Source of the DNA: Arsenophonus sp.
Lineage (GTDB): Bacteria; Pseudomonadota; Gammaproteobacteria; Enterobacterales; Enterobacteriaceae
DNA length: 64,000 nt
Direction: 5' to 3'
NCBI GenBank assembly: GCA_046530735.1
Contig: JBHEQV010000009.1
Coordinates: forward strand, 10,399-74,398
Part shown: one piece after another, positions 1 to 11,864 of the stretch
How the letters are laid out: the number at the start of each line of letters is the position of its first letter
How positions within the stretch are numbered: position 1 is the first letter of the stretch
Notes under the pieces: generated by a model
What the model was told of the DNA's origin: nothing
The model's input: only the letters and a program-made list of their open reading frames with translations
Database searches by the model: none
Program-made: the position numbers and the translations under genes

Positions 1-1127
1 TTTTGTTATCGCTAACTATACAGACACGGGTATTGTGGATGTTGAGATTAAAGAGTCTAAGGTTTAGGGATCACAGCGGTAACGGAATATCTTTTAATAG
101 CTCATTGTTACTGCCTTATCTGAAGTGCGTAAAAGTAGCGAAGAGTTGCTACCATAGTTTATACTTGTTAGTGGCATCTTAACCAGTTATTTTTATGAAG
201 CTCTGGAGGTACTTATAGATAAAAAAAGATATGGTCTTCTCTATCAGTACCATTAGCAGATTGAAAGAGGAATGACTTGAATAGCATAGGCAATGGGTAT
301 CTGTGTGATTTAAGCGATATCGCTATGTTTATTTTTTGGTGGAGACATATAACCGTTCTGTCAAGTAAGCTGATCGCCTTTGCCTGCTTGGTTATATCAG
401 CGGTACTGTATGTATATGTAAGGAGCTCATATTAGTCGAAGATACTTATCAAGAACCAGAAGTGGTACTGGGCCGAATTTATTGATATCTTGGCGATCAC
501 TTGCCTTAATCGTATTTCTCAGACTTGCTATGAGAGTATGCCTGTTCTTGGTTTTTTGGGATGCAATGGCGGCAAAAGATATTCAAGGACATATAGCACC
601 AACGCTGTTTTGTGGTATATAAAACAGCTAATATGTTAGCTTCACTCCTCCAAAGGAGTGCAACCGAAATTAATAGTAGCCGTGATAGATTTAGCTATAT
701 AGAGAGATGCCGCTAATAAATGTAAATATTTTCTTGGTAAAGTTTTTAGCGAAATTCTTGCAACGATGAAAAAGCTGAAGAAAGGGGGAGAAAAGAACAG
801 ATAGGATTCTATGACGCCCCGTCTCAGTCACTATGTGTGAGAGACCGGACACCTCATTAATAATAACAAAAATATGATTGAATCAGGTTTTGTAATAGTG
901 AAAATATGAAGCAGATACCAGAAAAGCACTGTTCTTCGAGAAAATAACCCTTTAATGCTATTTAACCTGTTCTCCATCCCCGTCTGCTTAAAAAAACGGG
1001 AACTAGGTAAGGGGAGTTTATCTTAATCCTGATACTAATAAGGTCCAATTTAAGGATGGAGAACAGATTTATGAAGCATCAGAACGAAAAGCCTGATTAT
1101 CATATACTTAGGTTTGCTAATAAACTC
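1..1127 (+). mobile_element. IS256-family relic (dead transposase, left part outside the window)
   Basis: Frameshifted pieces resemble IS256 transposase motifs (QTGIGDVEIK, WVHKTANVL, YDFP). Ends in the right terminal repeat ...tttgctaataaactc. Homologous to about 11 other copies in the window. Confidence 0.85.
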
Positions 1128-1289
1128 AACGTTTTCAACATAAATTGTTTAATGGTATCTGAAACAAAGAACTTCAAAAAAAAGTTTTGTTTTAGTTTTT
1201 AATTTCAGATCTCTTGATATTTTGAAATAATGAGATAATACATGATGTTATTTTATCTTATTCATCATTATTTTGTTAAAATAATTTTA

Positions 1290-1755
1290 ACTAAACAAGT
1301 ATGTGTAGAGTTCTAGCGATTGAAACGAGCAAAGCACCGTACTTATTAGAAGCGGTAACTGCGATGTAGAAAAAATAAAATCTTAAAACAGTTAGTTCGC
1401 CGTAAAGCGAAAGAAGAAGTGAGCATTACTATTTAGCTTTTTCACTATGCACTAAGTTATTTTATCAAAAAATAGTACAACTAAGTGTATTTATACTCAT
1501 ATCAGTGAAGTTGATTTATCAATAATTAAATTAGACAGTATATATATGGATTAAGCTATAAAAATGAGAAGATGTTCATGTCCCTCTGTTTTGGTCGTAA
1601 AAAAAGCTTATCAATCAGTATAGTTAAACGTAATTGATAATGTGGGCTATCGTAATACCAATACAAAGGGTACGATTAAATCGTCTTAGGTTAAAAACAA
1701 TTGATTGAATAACTTAAAAACAGTTTAGTTACAACATGAAAATGAAGTGTATATT
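1290..1755 (+). pseudogene. nudF: ADP-ribose pyrophosphatase NudF relic (central and C-terminal part)
   Basis: Broken translation ETSKAPYLLEAVTAM, VRRKAKEEV and AYQ..IDNV matches remembered NudF (DTSETPWLLEMVAGM, ARREAIEEA, AYQW..IDNA). Expected position upstream of cpdA. Confidence 0.7.
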
Positions 1756-1824
1756 AGCCTACAGATTTTGATAAAGTATTAATGTTAAAATAACATATAA
1801 AGTAAGTAAAATTAAGGAAATTAT

Positions 1825-2664
1825 TTGAATAATCTGTTTAAGTTAACAACAAAGCAAAAAAGTCTAGTGAGGATTTTGCAAATTACCGATACTCACCTTT
1901 TTGCTAATGTTGACGATACTTTACTTGGCATTAATACTTTTGGTAGTTTTCATGCAGTAATTGATGAAATTTTAGTGCGCAATGAAAATGTTGACTTAAT
2001 TGTTGCTACCGGTGATTTAGTTCAAGATCAGTCAGCATTGGCTTATCTGTATTTTGCAGAAGGAATTAAACGGTTATCTGCTCCTTGTGTTTGGTTGCCA
2101 GGCAATCACGATTATCAACCGGAAATGGTTGTGACTTTAGCAAAAGCAGGAATTTTACCTTCTAAGCAGGTACTGATTAATAATAATTGGCAAATCCTTA
2201 TGTTAGACAGTCAAATTCAGGGTGCTGTGCATGGAAAATTATCCAAACAACAGCTATTATGGATGAAAAGCTGTTTTGAAACATACACGGAATGTAGTCA
2301 TTTACTTATGTTACATCATCACCCTTTGCCATCGGGATGTACCTGGCTTGATCAACATAGCTTATGTAATTCTCATATTTTAGCTAAATATTTAAAACCA
2401 TATCAGCAAGTTAAAGGAATTTTATGTGGCCATATTCATCAAGAAATAGATGAATATTGGCAAGGGATTCGCATGATGGCAACACCATCAACCTGTATAC
2501 AATTTAAACCTCATTGTACTAATTTTACATTAGACACAATAGCACCAGGTTGGCGTTATCTTGATCTTTCTATCAATCATGACGGTAAAAATGCATTAGG
2601 TACAGAAGTTTTCAGATTAGATAGTAATAAATTTTACCCAGATTCAAGCTCAGTCGGTTATTAA
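1825..2664 (+). CDS. cpdA: 3',5'-cyclic AMP phosphodiesterase CpdA (TTG start)
   Basis: Metallophosphoesterase motifs TDTH, TGDL, GNHD, HHH and GHIH intact. nudF-cpdA-yqiA-parE synteny. Confidence 0.95.
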   Translation: MNNLFKLTTKQKSLVRILQITDTHLFANVDDTLLGINTFGSFHAVIDEILVRNENVDLIVATGDLVQDQSALAYLYFAEGIKRLSAPCVWLPGNHDYQPEMVVTLAKAGILPSKQVLINNNWQILMLDSQIQGAVHGKLSKQQLLWMKSCFETYTECSHLLMLHHHPLPSGCTWLDQHSLCNSHILAKYLKPYQQVKGILCGHIHQEIDEYWQGIRMMATPSTCIQFKPHCTNFTLDTIAPGWRYLDLSINHDGKNALGTEVFRLDSNKFYPDSSSVGY

Positions 2665-3245
2665 TGTAAATATTAATTTATATACATGGTTTTAATAACT
2701 TAGCTTTATCATAAGGGGCAAATAAGTTAAAAGCTTGCCTACTTCAACGACGACATTCTGAAGTTAATATACTTACCCTAGCTACCTTATTATCCGGTAG
2801 AAGTGATTAAGAGTCATTACAAAATCTCGCAGCAAAGTTCATACGAGAGAGTTGATTATACTAATCGATTCTTCATTTGGTGGTTAGTTTACTATTTTAT
2901 TTATCACAATAATTTAATTTACCCGCTGTTGCTGTCAATCCAACCATACGCTTTTTTGATTTATTTAGCAGTATTTAGGTAAGAAAGTTAATTCTTATAA
3001 AAAGGAATATTACATTTTACAATTCTACCATTTAAATAAACTATAGGTGATACAAATTAACGCATTAACTGTACCAAATTTAATTTGGTTATTGCAACAA
3101 ACAGGTGATGAATATTGAACTATCATCAAGTTCTTGCATATCTTATTGGAGTGTAAGTAAATAATAGTGTCATGAGGTATAGGTAAATCCATGCTTTTAT
3201 TGAATTTAACTACTAATTTATACAAATTATGTGTTTTTAGTTTTA
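2664..3245 (+). pseudogene. yqiA: Esterase YqiA relic, near full length
   Basis: ATG overlaps the cpdA stop and codon 2 is TAA. Fragments ILIYIHGF, LPYYP, LPAVAVNP, IWLLQQTGDE and HAF match YqiA. Confidence 0.85.
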
Positions 3246-3300
3246 TAAAAAACAAAATAAGTAAAAATTATCCAAAATACCTAAATGACTGTTATTATCA

Positions 3301-3708
3301 GGCTATGTTGGTAAATGTTTTGGTATAAATCCCTTATATTGCATTAAGAATAGTTTGATGCAAAGTGTGTTATCTGTTTTTTTGAGCCAACCATGGATCA
3401 AAGAGTTCATCCTTCTGCTCAGATGGAGATAAAATAGTACAAAATTTTTACCAATGAGCATAAAATTATTTACTACCACCTAATAAGGCTAGATAATTAG
3501 AGAGTTATTAGTGATGAATTTCACATTTAAAATGTGAACAGTTATATCAGACAATTAAAAGGATCACTGAATAGATTCATGATGTAGGGACTTTTTATTT
3601 CCAGAATTATCTAGCATGGAGAAGATTGTTTGAAACACAACAATTGAAATATAGAGGTGGTCACAAATTGCTCTGCGCGTGAAGCATAACAACTTTGCAA
3701 ACATAGCC
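3301..3708 (+). mobile_element. Internally deleted IS1595-family derivative (MITE-like, 408 bp)
   Basis: Terminal inverted repeats GGCTATGTT/AACATAGCC. Perfect 8-bp target duplication TATTATCA at 3293-3300 and 3709-3716. Left part aligns with the copy at 52524, right part with 14640-14889. Confidence 0.88.
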
Positions 3709-3762
3709 TATTATCATCAGTATTTATTTGTCTAATCAATTGCAATTAGCACAGAAAGTAAT

Positions 3763-5658
3763 ATGACTCAATCTAATTATAATGCAGAGGCAATCGAGGT
3801 CCTAAGTGGTTTAGAACCTGTACGTCGTCGCCCAGGAATGTACACTGATACCTCTCGACCAAATCATCTAGCGCAGGAAATAATTGATAATAGCGTGGAT
3901 GAGGTGCTTGCTGGTTATGCTAAGTGTATCGATGTCATCTTGTATGATGATCAGTCGCTGGAAGTGATTGATGATGGTCGAGGTATGCCTGTTGATATTC
4001 ATCCAGAAAAGAAAGTGCCGGCTGTAGAGTTGATTTTGGGGCAATTACATGCTGGTGGGAAATTTTCTAATAAAAATTATCAATTTTCTGGTGGGCTACA
4101 TGGAGTTGGTATTTCTGTGGTCAATGCGTTATCAAAACGCATTGAAGTAACTGTTAGTCGTGATAGTCAAATATATCGAATTGTTTTTGAACATGGTGAG
4201 AAAGTTCAGGAACTTAAAGTAATTGGTAGTTGTGCTAAACGAACGACTGGTACTGGAGTGCGTTTTTGGCCTGATAGTTATTTTTTTGATGACCCACGTT
4301 TTTCTATTTCGCGTTTATCGCACGTATTAAAAGCTAAAGCTGTTCTATGTCCTGGTGTTAAAATCCTCTTTAAGGATAAAATAAATAATACTGAGCAGAG
4401 ATGGCATTATAACGATGGCTTGACCGACTATTTAATGGAAGCAGTTAATGGTTTAGTTACTTTACCGGAGAAAGCCTTTGTTGGTAATTTTGTTGGCCAA
4501 ATAGAAATGGTTGATTGGGCACTGCTTTGGTTACCGGAAGGTGGAGAACTATTGACAGATAGTTATGTTAACCTTATTCCAACCGCACAAGGTGGCACCC
4601 ATGTTAATGGGTTGCGTCAGGGTTTATTGGATGTAATGAGAGAGTTTTGTGAATACCGTAATTTACTTCCTCGTGGTATAAAATTGACAGGTGATGATAT
4701 TTGGGAGCGCTGTGCTTATGTTCTATCAGTCAAAATGCAAGATCCACAATTTGCAGGCCAGACCAAAGAACGTCTTTCTTCTCGCCAGAGTGCTGCATTT
4801 GTTTCCGGGGTGATAAAAGATGCTTTTAGTTTGTGGTTAAATCAAAATGTTCAAGAAGCTGAACAATTAGCAGAATTCACCATTTCTAGTGCTCAAAAAC
4901 GTCTACGCGCAGCAAAAAAAGTTGTGCGCAAAAAACTGAGCAGTGGGCCTGCATTACCCGGTAAGTTGGCGGATTGCACTTCTCAGGATCTTAATCTTAC
5001 TGAACTATTTTTAGTTGAGGGAGATTCAGCCGGTGGATCAGCTAAGCAGGCTCGTGATCGTGAATATCAGGCGATTATGCCGCTAAGAGGAAAAATACTG
5101 AATACTTGGGAAGTTTCTTCCGATGAGGTTTTAGCTTCACAAGAAGTTCATGATATCTCACTAGCTATTGGTATTGATCCAAACAGCAATGATCTTAGCC
5201 AGCTTCGTTATGGTAAGATCTGTGTTCTTGCCGATGCAGATTCGGATGGACTGCATATTGTAACATTACTGTGTGCACTTTTTGTTCGTCATTTCCCAAC
5301 TTTAGTAAAAGCAGGTCATATTTATATTGCTATGCCACCTTTATATCGTATTGATCTAGGTAAAGAAGTTTATTATGCCCTTGATGAAGGTGAAAAAACT
5401 GCTGTTCTTGATCGCCTGAGTTATAAGCGAGGTAAACCGAATGTCCAACGTTTTAAAGGATTAGGCGAAATGAATCCAGCTCAATTACGTGAAACCACAC
5501 TTGATCTTAATACACGACGCTTAATACAGCTCATTATTAATGATGAGAATTATCAAAAAACACTTGCGATGATGGATATGTTGTTGGCTAAAAAACGAGC
5601 AGAAGATCGTCGAAATTGGTTGCAAGATAAAGGCAATGCGATAGAAATTGAAGTGTAA
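3763..5658 (+). CDS. parE: DNA topoisomerase IV subunit B
   Basis: EVLSGLEPVRRRPGMY, GGLHGVG, VEGDSAGG and FKGLGEM motifs. 631 aa, followed by parC. Confidence 0.98.
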   Translation: MTQSNYNAEAIEVLSGLEPVRRRPGMYTDTSRPNHLAQEIIDNSVDEVLAGYAKCIDVILYDDQSLEVIDDGRGMPVDIHPEKKVPAVELILGQLHAGGKFSNKNYQFSGGLHGVGISVVNALSKRIEVTVSRDSQIYRIVFEHGEKVQELKVIGSCAKRTTGTGVRFWPDSYFFDDPRFSISRLSHVLKAKAVLCPGVKILFKDKINNTEQRWHYNDGLTDYLMEAVNGLVTLPEKAFVGNFVGQIEMVDWALLWLPEGGELLTDSYVNLIPTAQGGTHVNGLRQGLLDVMREFCEYRNLLPRGIKLTGDDIWERCAYVLSVKMQDPQFAGQTKERLSSRQSAAFVSGVIKDAFSLWLNQNVQEAEQLAEFTISSAQKRLRAAKKVVRKKLSSGPALPGKLADCTSQDLNLTELFLVEGDSAGGSAKQARDREYQAIMPLRGKILNTWEVSSDEVLASQEVHDISLAIGIDPNSNDLSQLRYGKICVLADADSDGLHIVTLLCALFVRHFPTLVKAGHIYIAMPPLYRIDLGKEVYYALDEGEKTAVLDRLSYKRGKPNVQRFKGLGEMNPAQLRETTLDLNTRRLIQLIINDENYQKTLAMMDMLLAKKRAEDRRNWLQDKGNAIEIEV

Positions 5659-5697
5659 TCGACTCTATTATTAACCAGAGTCTAAGGAATTAAATAA

Positions 5698-7953
5698 ATG
5701 ACTGAGATAACTCACGATGGTGTAGAACAGCAACCACTGTATACCTTTACTGAAAAGGCCTATCTCAATTATTCCATGTACGTCATCATGGATAGAGCAT
5801 TGCCATTTATTGGTGATGGATTAAAACCTGTTCAGCGACGAATTGTTTATGCCATGTCTGAACTTAATTTAAGTAATGCCGCTAAGTATAAAAAATCAGC
5901 TCGTACAGTCGGTGATGTATTAGGAAAATACCATCCACATGGTGATAGCGCTTGTTATGAAGCCATGGTGTTAATGGCACAACCATTTTCTTATCGTTAT
6001 CCATTAGTTGATGGTCAAGGAAATTGGGGAGCGCCAGATGATCCTAAATCGTTTGCTGCTATGCGTTACACTGAGTCAAGATTGTCAAAATATTCTGAAA
6101 CACTACTCAGTGAATTAGTATTGGGAACGGTAGCTTGGACAACTAACTTTGATGGAACATTAACTGAACCAAAAACACTACCAGCAAAATTACCCAATAT
6201 TCTGTTGAATGGCACGACAGGGATTGCTGTTGGTATGGCAACTGATATTCCACCACATAATGCGCGTGAAGTAGCAAGTGCGTTAGTTGCTTTACTGAAA
6301 AATCCTAAAGCTGATCTTAAAATATTTATGAATTTTATTCCTGCTCCTGATTACCCAACAGAAGCAGAAATTATTTCTTCAAAAGAAGATATTAAAAAAA
6401 TTTACCAAACAGGCCGTGGTTCTATTCGGTTACGAGCTGTCTGGGAAATGGATGATGGTAATGCAGTCATTACTGCACTACCTCATCAAGTTTCAGGAAC
6501 TAAAGTATTAGAACAGATTGCTTTGCAAATGCGTTCTAAAAAATTACCGATGGTAGAAGATCTACGTGATGAATCAGATCATGAAAACCCAACACGCCTA
6601 GTGATTATACCTAGAAGTAATCGAATTGATTTAGTACAAGTGATGAGGCATTTATTTGCTACGACGGATCTAGAAAGAAGTTATCGGATTAATTTAAATA
6701 TGATTGGCCTAGATAATCGCCCTGCAGTTAAAGGACTTGTTGAAATTTTAAATGAATGGTTATTATTTCGCCGAGAAACCGTACGTAATCGCTTAAATTA
6801 TCGTTTAGAAAAAGTATTAAAACGCTTACATATCCTTGAGGGTTTATTAATAGCTCATCTTAATATAGATGAGGTTATTCATACTATCCGTAATAAAGAT
6901 GAAACTAAAATAGTATTAGTGACCCGTTTTCTGCTTTCAGAAACTCAGGCTGAATCTATCCTGGAATTAAAATTGCGTCATTTAGCTAAACTAGAAGAAT
7001 TTAAATTACGTGCTGAGCAAGATGAATTAGTTAAAGAGCGTAATCAACTGGAAAATATTTTAGGCTCTGAGAAGAATTTAAACACCTTGATCAAAAAAGA
7101 AATTGAAACAGATGCACAGATTTATGGTGACGCCCGTCGCTCACCGTTTAAGGAACGTATTGAAGCAAAAGCTATAAAAGAACATAATATTTTGCCTTCT
7201 GAGCCAGTTACTATTGTTCTTTCTATTATGGGATGGGTAAGAAGTGCAAAAGGCCATGATATTGATCCGACTAATCTTAATTATAAAGCAGGAGATGGTT
7301 TTCGTGGCGCAGCAAAAGGTAAAACAAATCAACCAGTTATTTTTCTTGATAGTACTGGACGAAGTTATTCTCTTGATCCACTTGATCTTCCTTCTGCTCG
7401 TGGACATGGAGAGCCGATTACTGGCAAATTGGCATTACCACCTGGCGCAACAATCGAATATATACTAACTGCTCCAAAAGAGCAAAAATATTTGTTAGCA
7501 TCGGATGCAGGTTATGGTTTTATTTGTGCTACTAATGATTTAGTAGCAAAAAATAAAGCAGGGAAGGCATTAATTACCTTATCTAATAATGCAAAGGTAC
7601 TGGCACCATTAGAAGTCAATAATGAACAGCAAGATTTATTATTGGCAATTACTAAAGCAGGGAGAATGTTAATATTTCCTGTTATCGAGATATCTCATCT
7701 ATCTAAAGGTAAAGGCAATAAAATTATTAATATTGCAGCGACTCAATCAGCTAGCGGAGATGATTTGCTAGTTTGGTTAATATTTTTGCAGCCTCAGTCT
7801 TCAATTACGCTCTTTTTTAGTAAACGAAAATTAAAATTAAATCCAGAAGATTTACAAAAATATCGTGCTAAACGAGGTCGAAAAGGTTCCTTATTACCTC
7901 GTGGATTACAGAGTATTGAGCGTATAGAAATAACTCCTTCTAGTAATGGATAA
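5698..7953 (+). CDS. parC: DNA topoisomerase IV subunit A
   Basis: [18 protein letters not shown] and AAMRYTE (catalytic Tyr). 751 aa. Confidence 0.98.
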   Translation: MTEITHDGVEQQPLYTFTEKAYLNYSMYVIMDRALPFIGDGLKPVQRRIVYAMSELNLSNAAKYKKSARTVGDVLGKYHPHGDSACYEAMVLMAQPFSYRYPLVDGQGNWGAPDDPKSFAAMRYTESRLSKYSETLLSELVLGTVAWTTNFDGTLTEPKTLPAKLPNILLNGTTGIAVGMATDIPPHNAREVASALVALLKNPKADLKIFMNFIPAPDYPTEAEIISSKEDIKKIYQTGRGSIRLRAVWEMDDGNAVITALPHQVSGTKVLEQIALQMRSKKLPMVEDLRDESDHENPTRLVIIPRSNRIDLVQVMRHLFATTDLERSYRINLNMIGLDNRPAVKGLVEILNEWLLFRRETVRNRLNYRLEKVLKRLHILEGLLIAHLNIDEVIHTIRNKDETKIVLVTRFLLSETQAESILELKLRHLAKLEEFKLRAEQDELVKERNQLENILGSEKNLNTLIKKEIETDAQIYGDARRSPFKERIEAKAIKEHNILPSEPVTIVLSIMGWVRSAKGHDIDPTNLNYKAGDGFRGAAKGKTNQPVIFLDSTGRSYSLDPLDLPSARGHGEPITGKLALPPGATIEYILTAPKEQKYLLASDAGYGFICATNDLVAKNKAGKALITLSNNAKVLAPLEVNNEQQDLLLAITKAGRMLIFPVIEISHLSKGKGNKIINIAATQSASGDDLLVWLIFLQPQSSITLFFSKRKLKLNPEDLQKYRAKRGRKGSLLPRGLQSIERIEITPSSNG

Positions 7954-8002
7954 TCTTTAATTTTTTATTGGTGTGTGAAGTTGCTTATTATTTGAGATAA
8001 AT

Positions 8003-8731
8003 ATGTTAGCTATCATTCGTATTATTATTGTAATTCTATTTACCATATTAGTTTGCGTGTTAGGTTGTTTTTATTGCTTATTAAGTCCAAGAAATCCAGA
8101 GCATGTTATGCGCTTTGGTCGACTATTTGGTAAATTGTCTTATGTTTTTGGTATTACCATTATTCGTCGAGTGCCTTCTGAAGCGAAGGATTATGGTCCC
8201 AGAATCTATATTGGTAATCATCAAAATAATTATGATATGGTAACTATATCAAATGCGATCCAACCAAATACCGTTACTGTGGGTAAAAAAAGCTTAGTAT
8301 TTATCCCTTTTTTTGGCCAACTATATTGGTTGGCCGGTAATATTCTAATTGATAGGACTAATCGAACTAAAGCGCACAATACAATTTTACAGATTGTTAA
8401 CCAGATTAAAAAAAGAAAAATTTCTGTCTGGATGTTTCCAGAAGGAACCCGTAGTCGTGGTCAAGGTTTACTACCATTTAAAACTGGTGCATTTTATGCG
8501 GCAATTACAGCTGGGATTCCGATAGTACCAATCTGTTTATCTGAAACTGAAGGACGTATTAAACTTAATCGTTGGAATAATGGAATAGTGATTATCGAAA
8601 TTCTACCGTCTGTTGATACAACAAAGTATAATCGGCAGAGCGTGCATCAATTGGCAGAACATTGCCATGATTTATTTAAATCTAAAATTGTAGAATTAAA
8701 TAAAGAAGTAATAGAAATAGAGAAAAAATAA
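8003..8731 (+). CDS. plsC: 1-acyl-sn-glycerol-3-phosphate acyltransferase
   Basis: NHQNNYD (HX4D) and FPEGTRS motifs. parC-plsC synteny. Confidence 0.95.
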   Translation: MLAIIRIIIVILFTILVCVLGCFYCLLSPRNPEHVMRFGRLFGKLSYVFGITIIRRVPSEAKDYGPRIYIGNHQNNYDMVTISNAIQPNTVTVGKKSLVFIPFFGQLYWLAGNILIDRTNRTKAHNTILQIVNQIKKRKISVWMFPEGTRSRGQGLLPFKTGAFYAAITAGIPIVPICLSETEGRIKLNRWNNGIVIIEILPSVDTTKYNRQSVHQLAEHCHDLFKSKIVELNKEVIEIEKK

Positions 8732-8946
8732 ATTAAAAATTAAGTTTATTTTTCAAGCAAATTAGTTCCTAACTGAATATTAATTAATAATAAATCAATA
8801 TTTGATGTTGTATTAATTTATTGTCCTAATTGAATTTAGTTATCAATCAATTCTGACAATACAATTATTAATGGATCATAAAGTATGAATTTATCTTGAT
8901 GAACAAGATAAAGCGCTAGCTTATTAATATTTTATGAAAAGAGGAC

Positions 8947-10354
8947 ATGTCATTAAGTCGGAATCGATTTTTTAAGATATCAAGAATAGTTATGAGTGTT
9001 TCTATGCTTTTCGCTAAGGGTTAGCGCAAGAAAAAATGAAGGATACTCATTATTACCAATCCCGCCTTTATTGGAATCTGATTTTAATCAACCGCTGTTT
9101 ATTACGTTAAAAACATTATTGATCTTTGATGGGTAGATATCGGAGCAACATTATTGGCTATAATGGTTATTATTTATGGCCAATTATTTAAGTAAAAAAT
9201 GATAGTGATTTAAAATTGGTATATAATAATTAACTTTTTTTTAAAGAGGTGGATATGGCAGAAACAGTGCGGGGATCCCTAAGTTCTTAGAATACAAATT
9301 GATGTGGCAACAAATTAATATCGCCCAATATTAATTGATTGCTAATATTGTCAATCTGATAACCTGGCTTCGACTGCGAAATATTGGTATTAAGCAATGC
9401 ATCAGGCATGATGCCAAGACAAATTCATGATGGATTGGTTGATTGTGTACTCTATCAGATAAAACTAGTAAGAATTTAAATATTCTTAATCATTACAGCA
9501 TTAATAATTTCCTATTATTTTGTAAGATACAGGCGTAAATTCTTTTAGGATGCCTCGCTATAAAACAATAAAAGATTTTAGGCAATATTTATTAGTTAAT
9601 AGTGTGCAGAAGCTAGTATATTAAAGTTGTTTAGGCTGCTTAATAAATCAAGTTCAAGGTGCTATTATATTGGAAATTAATGATAAGCGTCTACTCTATC
9701 TGATAAATAGAGATCAAGGGTTGATACTTGCTTTCTGTAAATATTTAAAGATTACCTATTGCGCCTGGTAATCGTAATAAGTATTAATTTATATGTCCAA
9801 AAGAGAGTTATTGATAATAATAACTGAAAAGCAGCAGGTGTCATGGATCACCTTAAAAGGTTTTTCAAATCCTCAGCTTTATTAAATTCAACCAAAGTTT
9901 TAATCATTTCTTTTTTAGAATTATTATCATTAGTAACAGGTAATTTACCAGAGACTTTAGTTAACGATACAGTCTAAATCATATCCAGGATCAATAATTA
10001 TGAAGTAATCTTTAGTAAATCTTTTGGCATTAATGGTATGATACGAGATGTCAATTGTATTGCTTAATTACCAAAATTAGGGTAGTGGAACCTGGAAATA
10101 CTGGACAGTATAAAGTGTATGAGCTTTAATCTTTCCATTTTAAAGTTATTAATCATAATGGGTGTTTCTAGTGTGGATTTATCTCTAGCAGGCTCAGAGG
10201 ATTATGGCTAGAAAATACAGTATGGATAAATGGATAGTGAATTATTAGTTGATATGCTTAAACCGTCTTATAATGATTTCTTTTTTTGTATTTTAATTAA
10301 AATTTAGAAAAGGCATAAAGGTTTAGTTGCGATAATTGGGTATCAATCCATTAG
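8947..10354 (+). pseudogene. ftsP: Cell division protein FtsP/SufI relic, near full length
   Basis: Starts MSLSRNRF (Tat-like; E. coli MSLSRRQF). Fragments LPIPPLLES, WLRLR, GINGMIRDVN, TVWING and C-terminal LEKA..INP. Many stops and frameshifts. Directly after plsC as in E. coli. Confidence 0.85.
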
Positions 10355-10427
10355 CTTAATTTATTTATAATATAGAAAATATTTTTATCTGATTATATAA
10401 AAAGTAATTGTATCATTTTATGATTTG

Positions 10428-11558
10428 GAGTTATGCTAATTTCTTGTGTATGGATTTTGGAGAATGGTGAGCGTGTATCCTGCTGATTGATTTCGTAAAT
10501 GATTTTAATAACAGGAAAATAATATGCCATAAAACTCTACCCTACAGCTATTCGTGAAACTAGATATTACCTCTGATTCCTTACATTAACTCATCTGTAA
10601 ATTGTGCGAGGCTAGGTGATAGCTCCACTGTTTAGGCTATTTTATCTCGACTTGAAGCCCATATCTACAACAACATGCTCAACGACCGCTTATTGATGGG
10701 TTAACAATCTGTTTGACCGTAACGGTTATTTGCTACAGTAATCTACAAGATAGCTATTGTAGATATTGAGATTAAAATTCCTAAAGTTATGGAGGATAAC
10801 AGAAATAATTGAATATATTTTAATATCTCGTTACCGCCTTATCTAAAAGGCATAAAAGCAGTGAAGAGTTGTTAGCACGTTATATATATGAGGTATCTAA
10901 ACCAGTGATTTTTCATTATCCTGGAGACGATTTTCAGTGAAAGCGCATGATCTCTCTACCAGTGCACTATCAGCAAACTGAAACAGCAATAATTTCAATA
11001 GCATTGACAATAATGTCAGCATTATTTAAGCGATACTTTTTACGTTTATTTCTTGGCTAAAGGCATATGCCGTCTGTCATGGAAGCTGATCGCCTCCTTT
11101 TACTGGTTATTTATTAATTGAGTCAGTTTCATAGATATAAGGAGCTCATTGTGGTCGAAGATGCTTATTAAGAGTCAGAATCGCACTGGACCGAACTTAT
11201 TAATCGCTTCTGAGCACGTGATTTAACCATGTCTCCTAGACTTGCTATAGAGAAATACAACGTCATTAGTTTTTTGAATTCAATAGCAAAGATATTTATG
11301 GACATATAGCATTAACATTGTTGAAGATACAAAATAACTAATGTATTGGTGTCACACTCCTCAAAGATATGTAGCACCGAAAGTTAATGTGGATCTGCGG
11401 AAAAATTTTAACTATCAGAAATCCGTGATACTGTTAATAAAGCCATTCATATTTTGTTAACAAAATTTTTAGCATATCTTGAAGCGATGAGGATGTTATA
11501 GAAAGATCGCTAAGAATTATCTGCCATTTATAGCTTTCCCTTCAGCGCACTTGGAGTC
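10428..11558 (+). mobile_element. IS256-family relic with left end intact, right end deleted
   Basis: Left terminal repeat gagttatgctaatttcttgtgtatgg, then broken transposase homology up to the YxFP..AHW region. Confidence 0.85.
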
Positions 11559-11819
11559 AAGAAATCGACGTTGAGCATATTAAAGAAGCATATAGAATGG
11601 CTTCAAGCTCAACCTTAACAACGATGCTATCAGTTCCCCTGGGCAGTATTGCAGATAAATTCATACAAGAGATTATAGATAATATTTGATTTTGTGGATA
11701 CTAGTAGACTAGACTTTTCATGAAAAATCATTTCTTTGTTATTGAAATCATTCATGAAATCAATTACCAGGATACAGCATCACCTTCGAAACTCCATATA
11801 CTAGAAATATGCATAACTC
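11559..11819 (-). mobile_element. IS256-family relic, left-end fragment
   Basis: Reverse complement begins gagttatgcatatttctagtatatgg and aligns with the first ~260 bp of the other copies. Confidence 0.8.
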
Positions 11820-11864
11820 TAAGATATAAATAGTTAGAAAAAAATAAAATGGAGCCAATTTAGG

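Noticed and set aside
3025-3255. 76-aa minus-strand ORF between cpdA and parE
   Set aside because: Antisense to the 3' part of the yqiA relic.
7141-7468. ORFs overlapping parC (also those inside sppA, xthA, ychE, secA, rsmH and fabB)
   Set aside because: Alternative-frame or antisense shadows of real genes.
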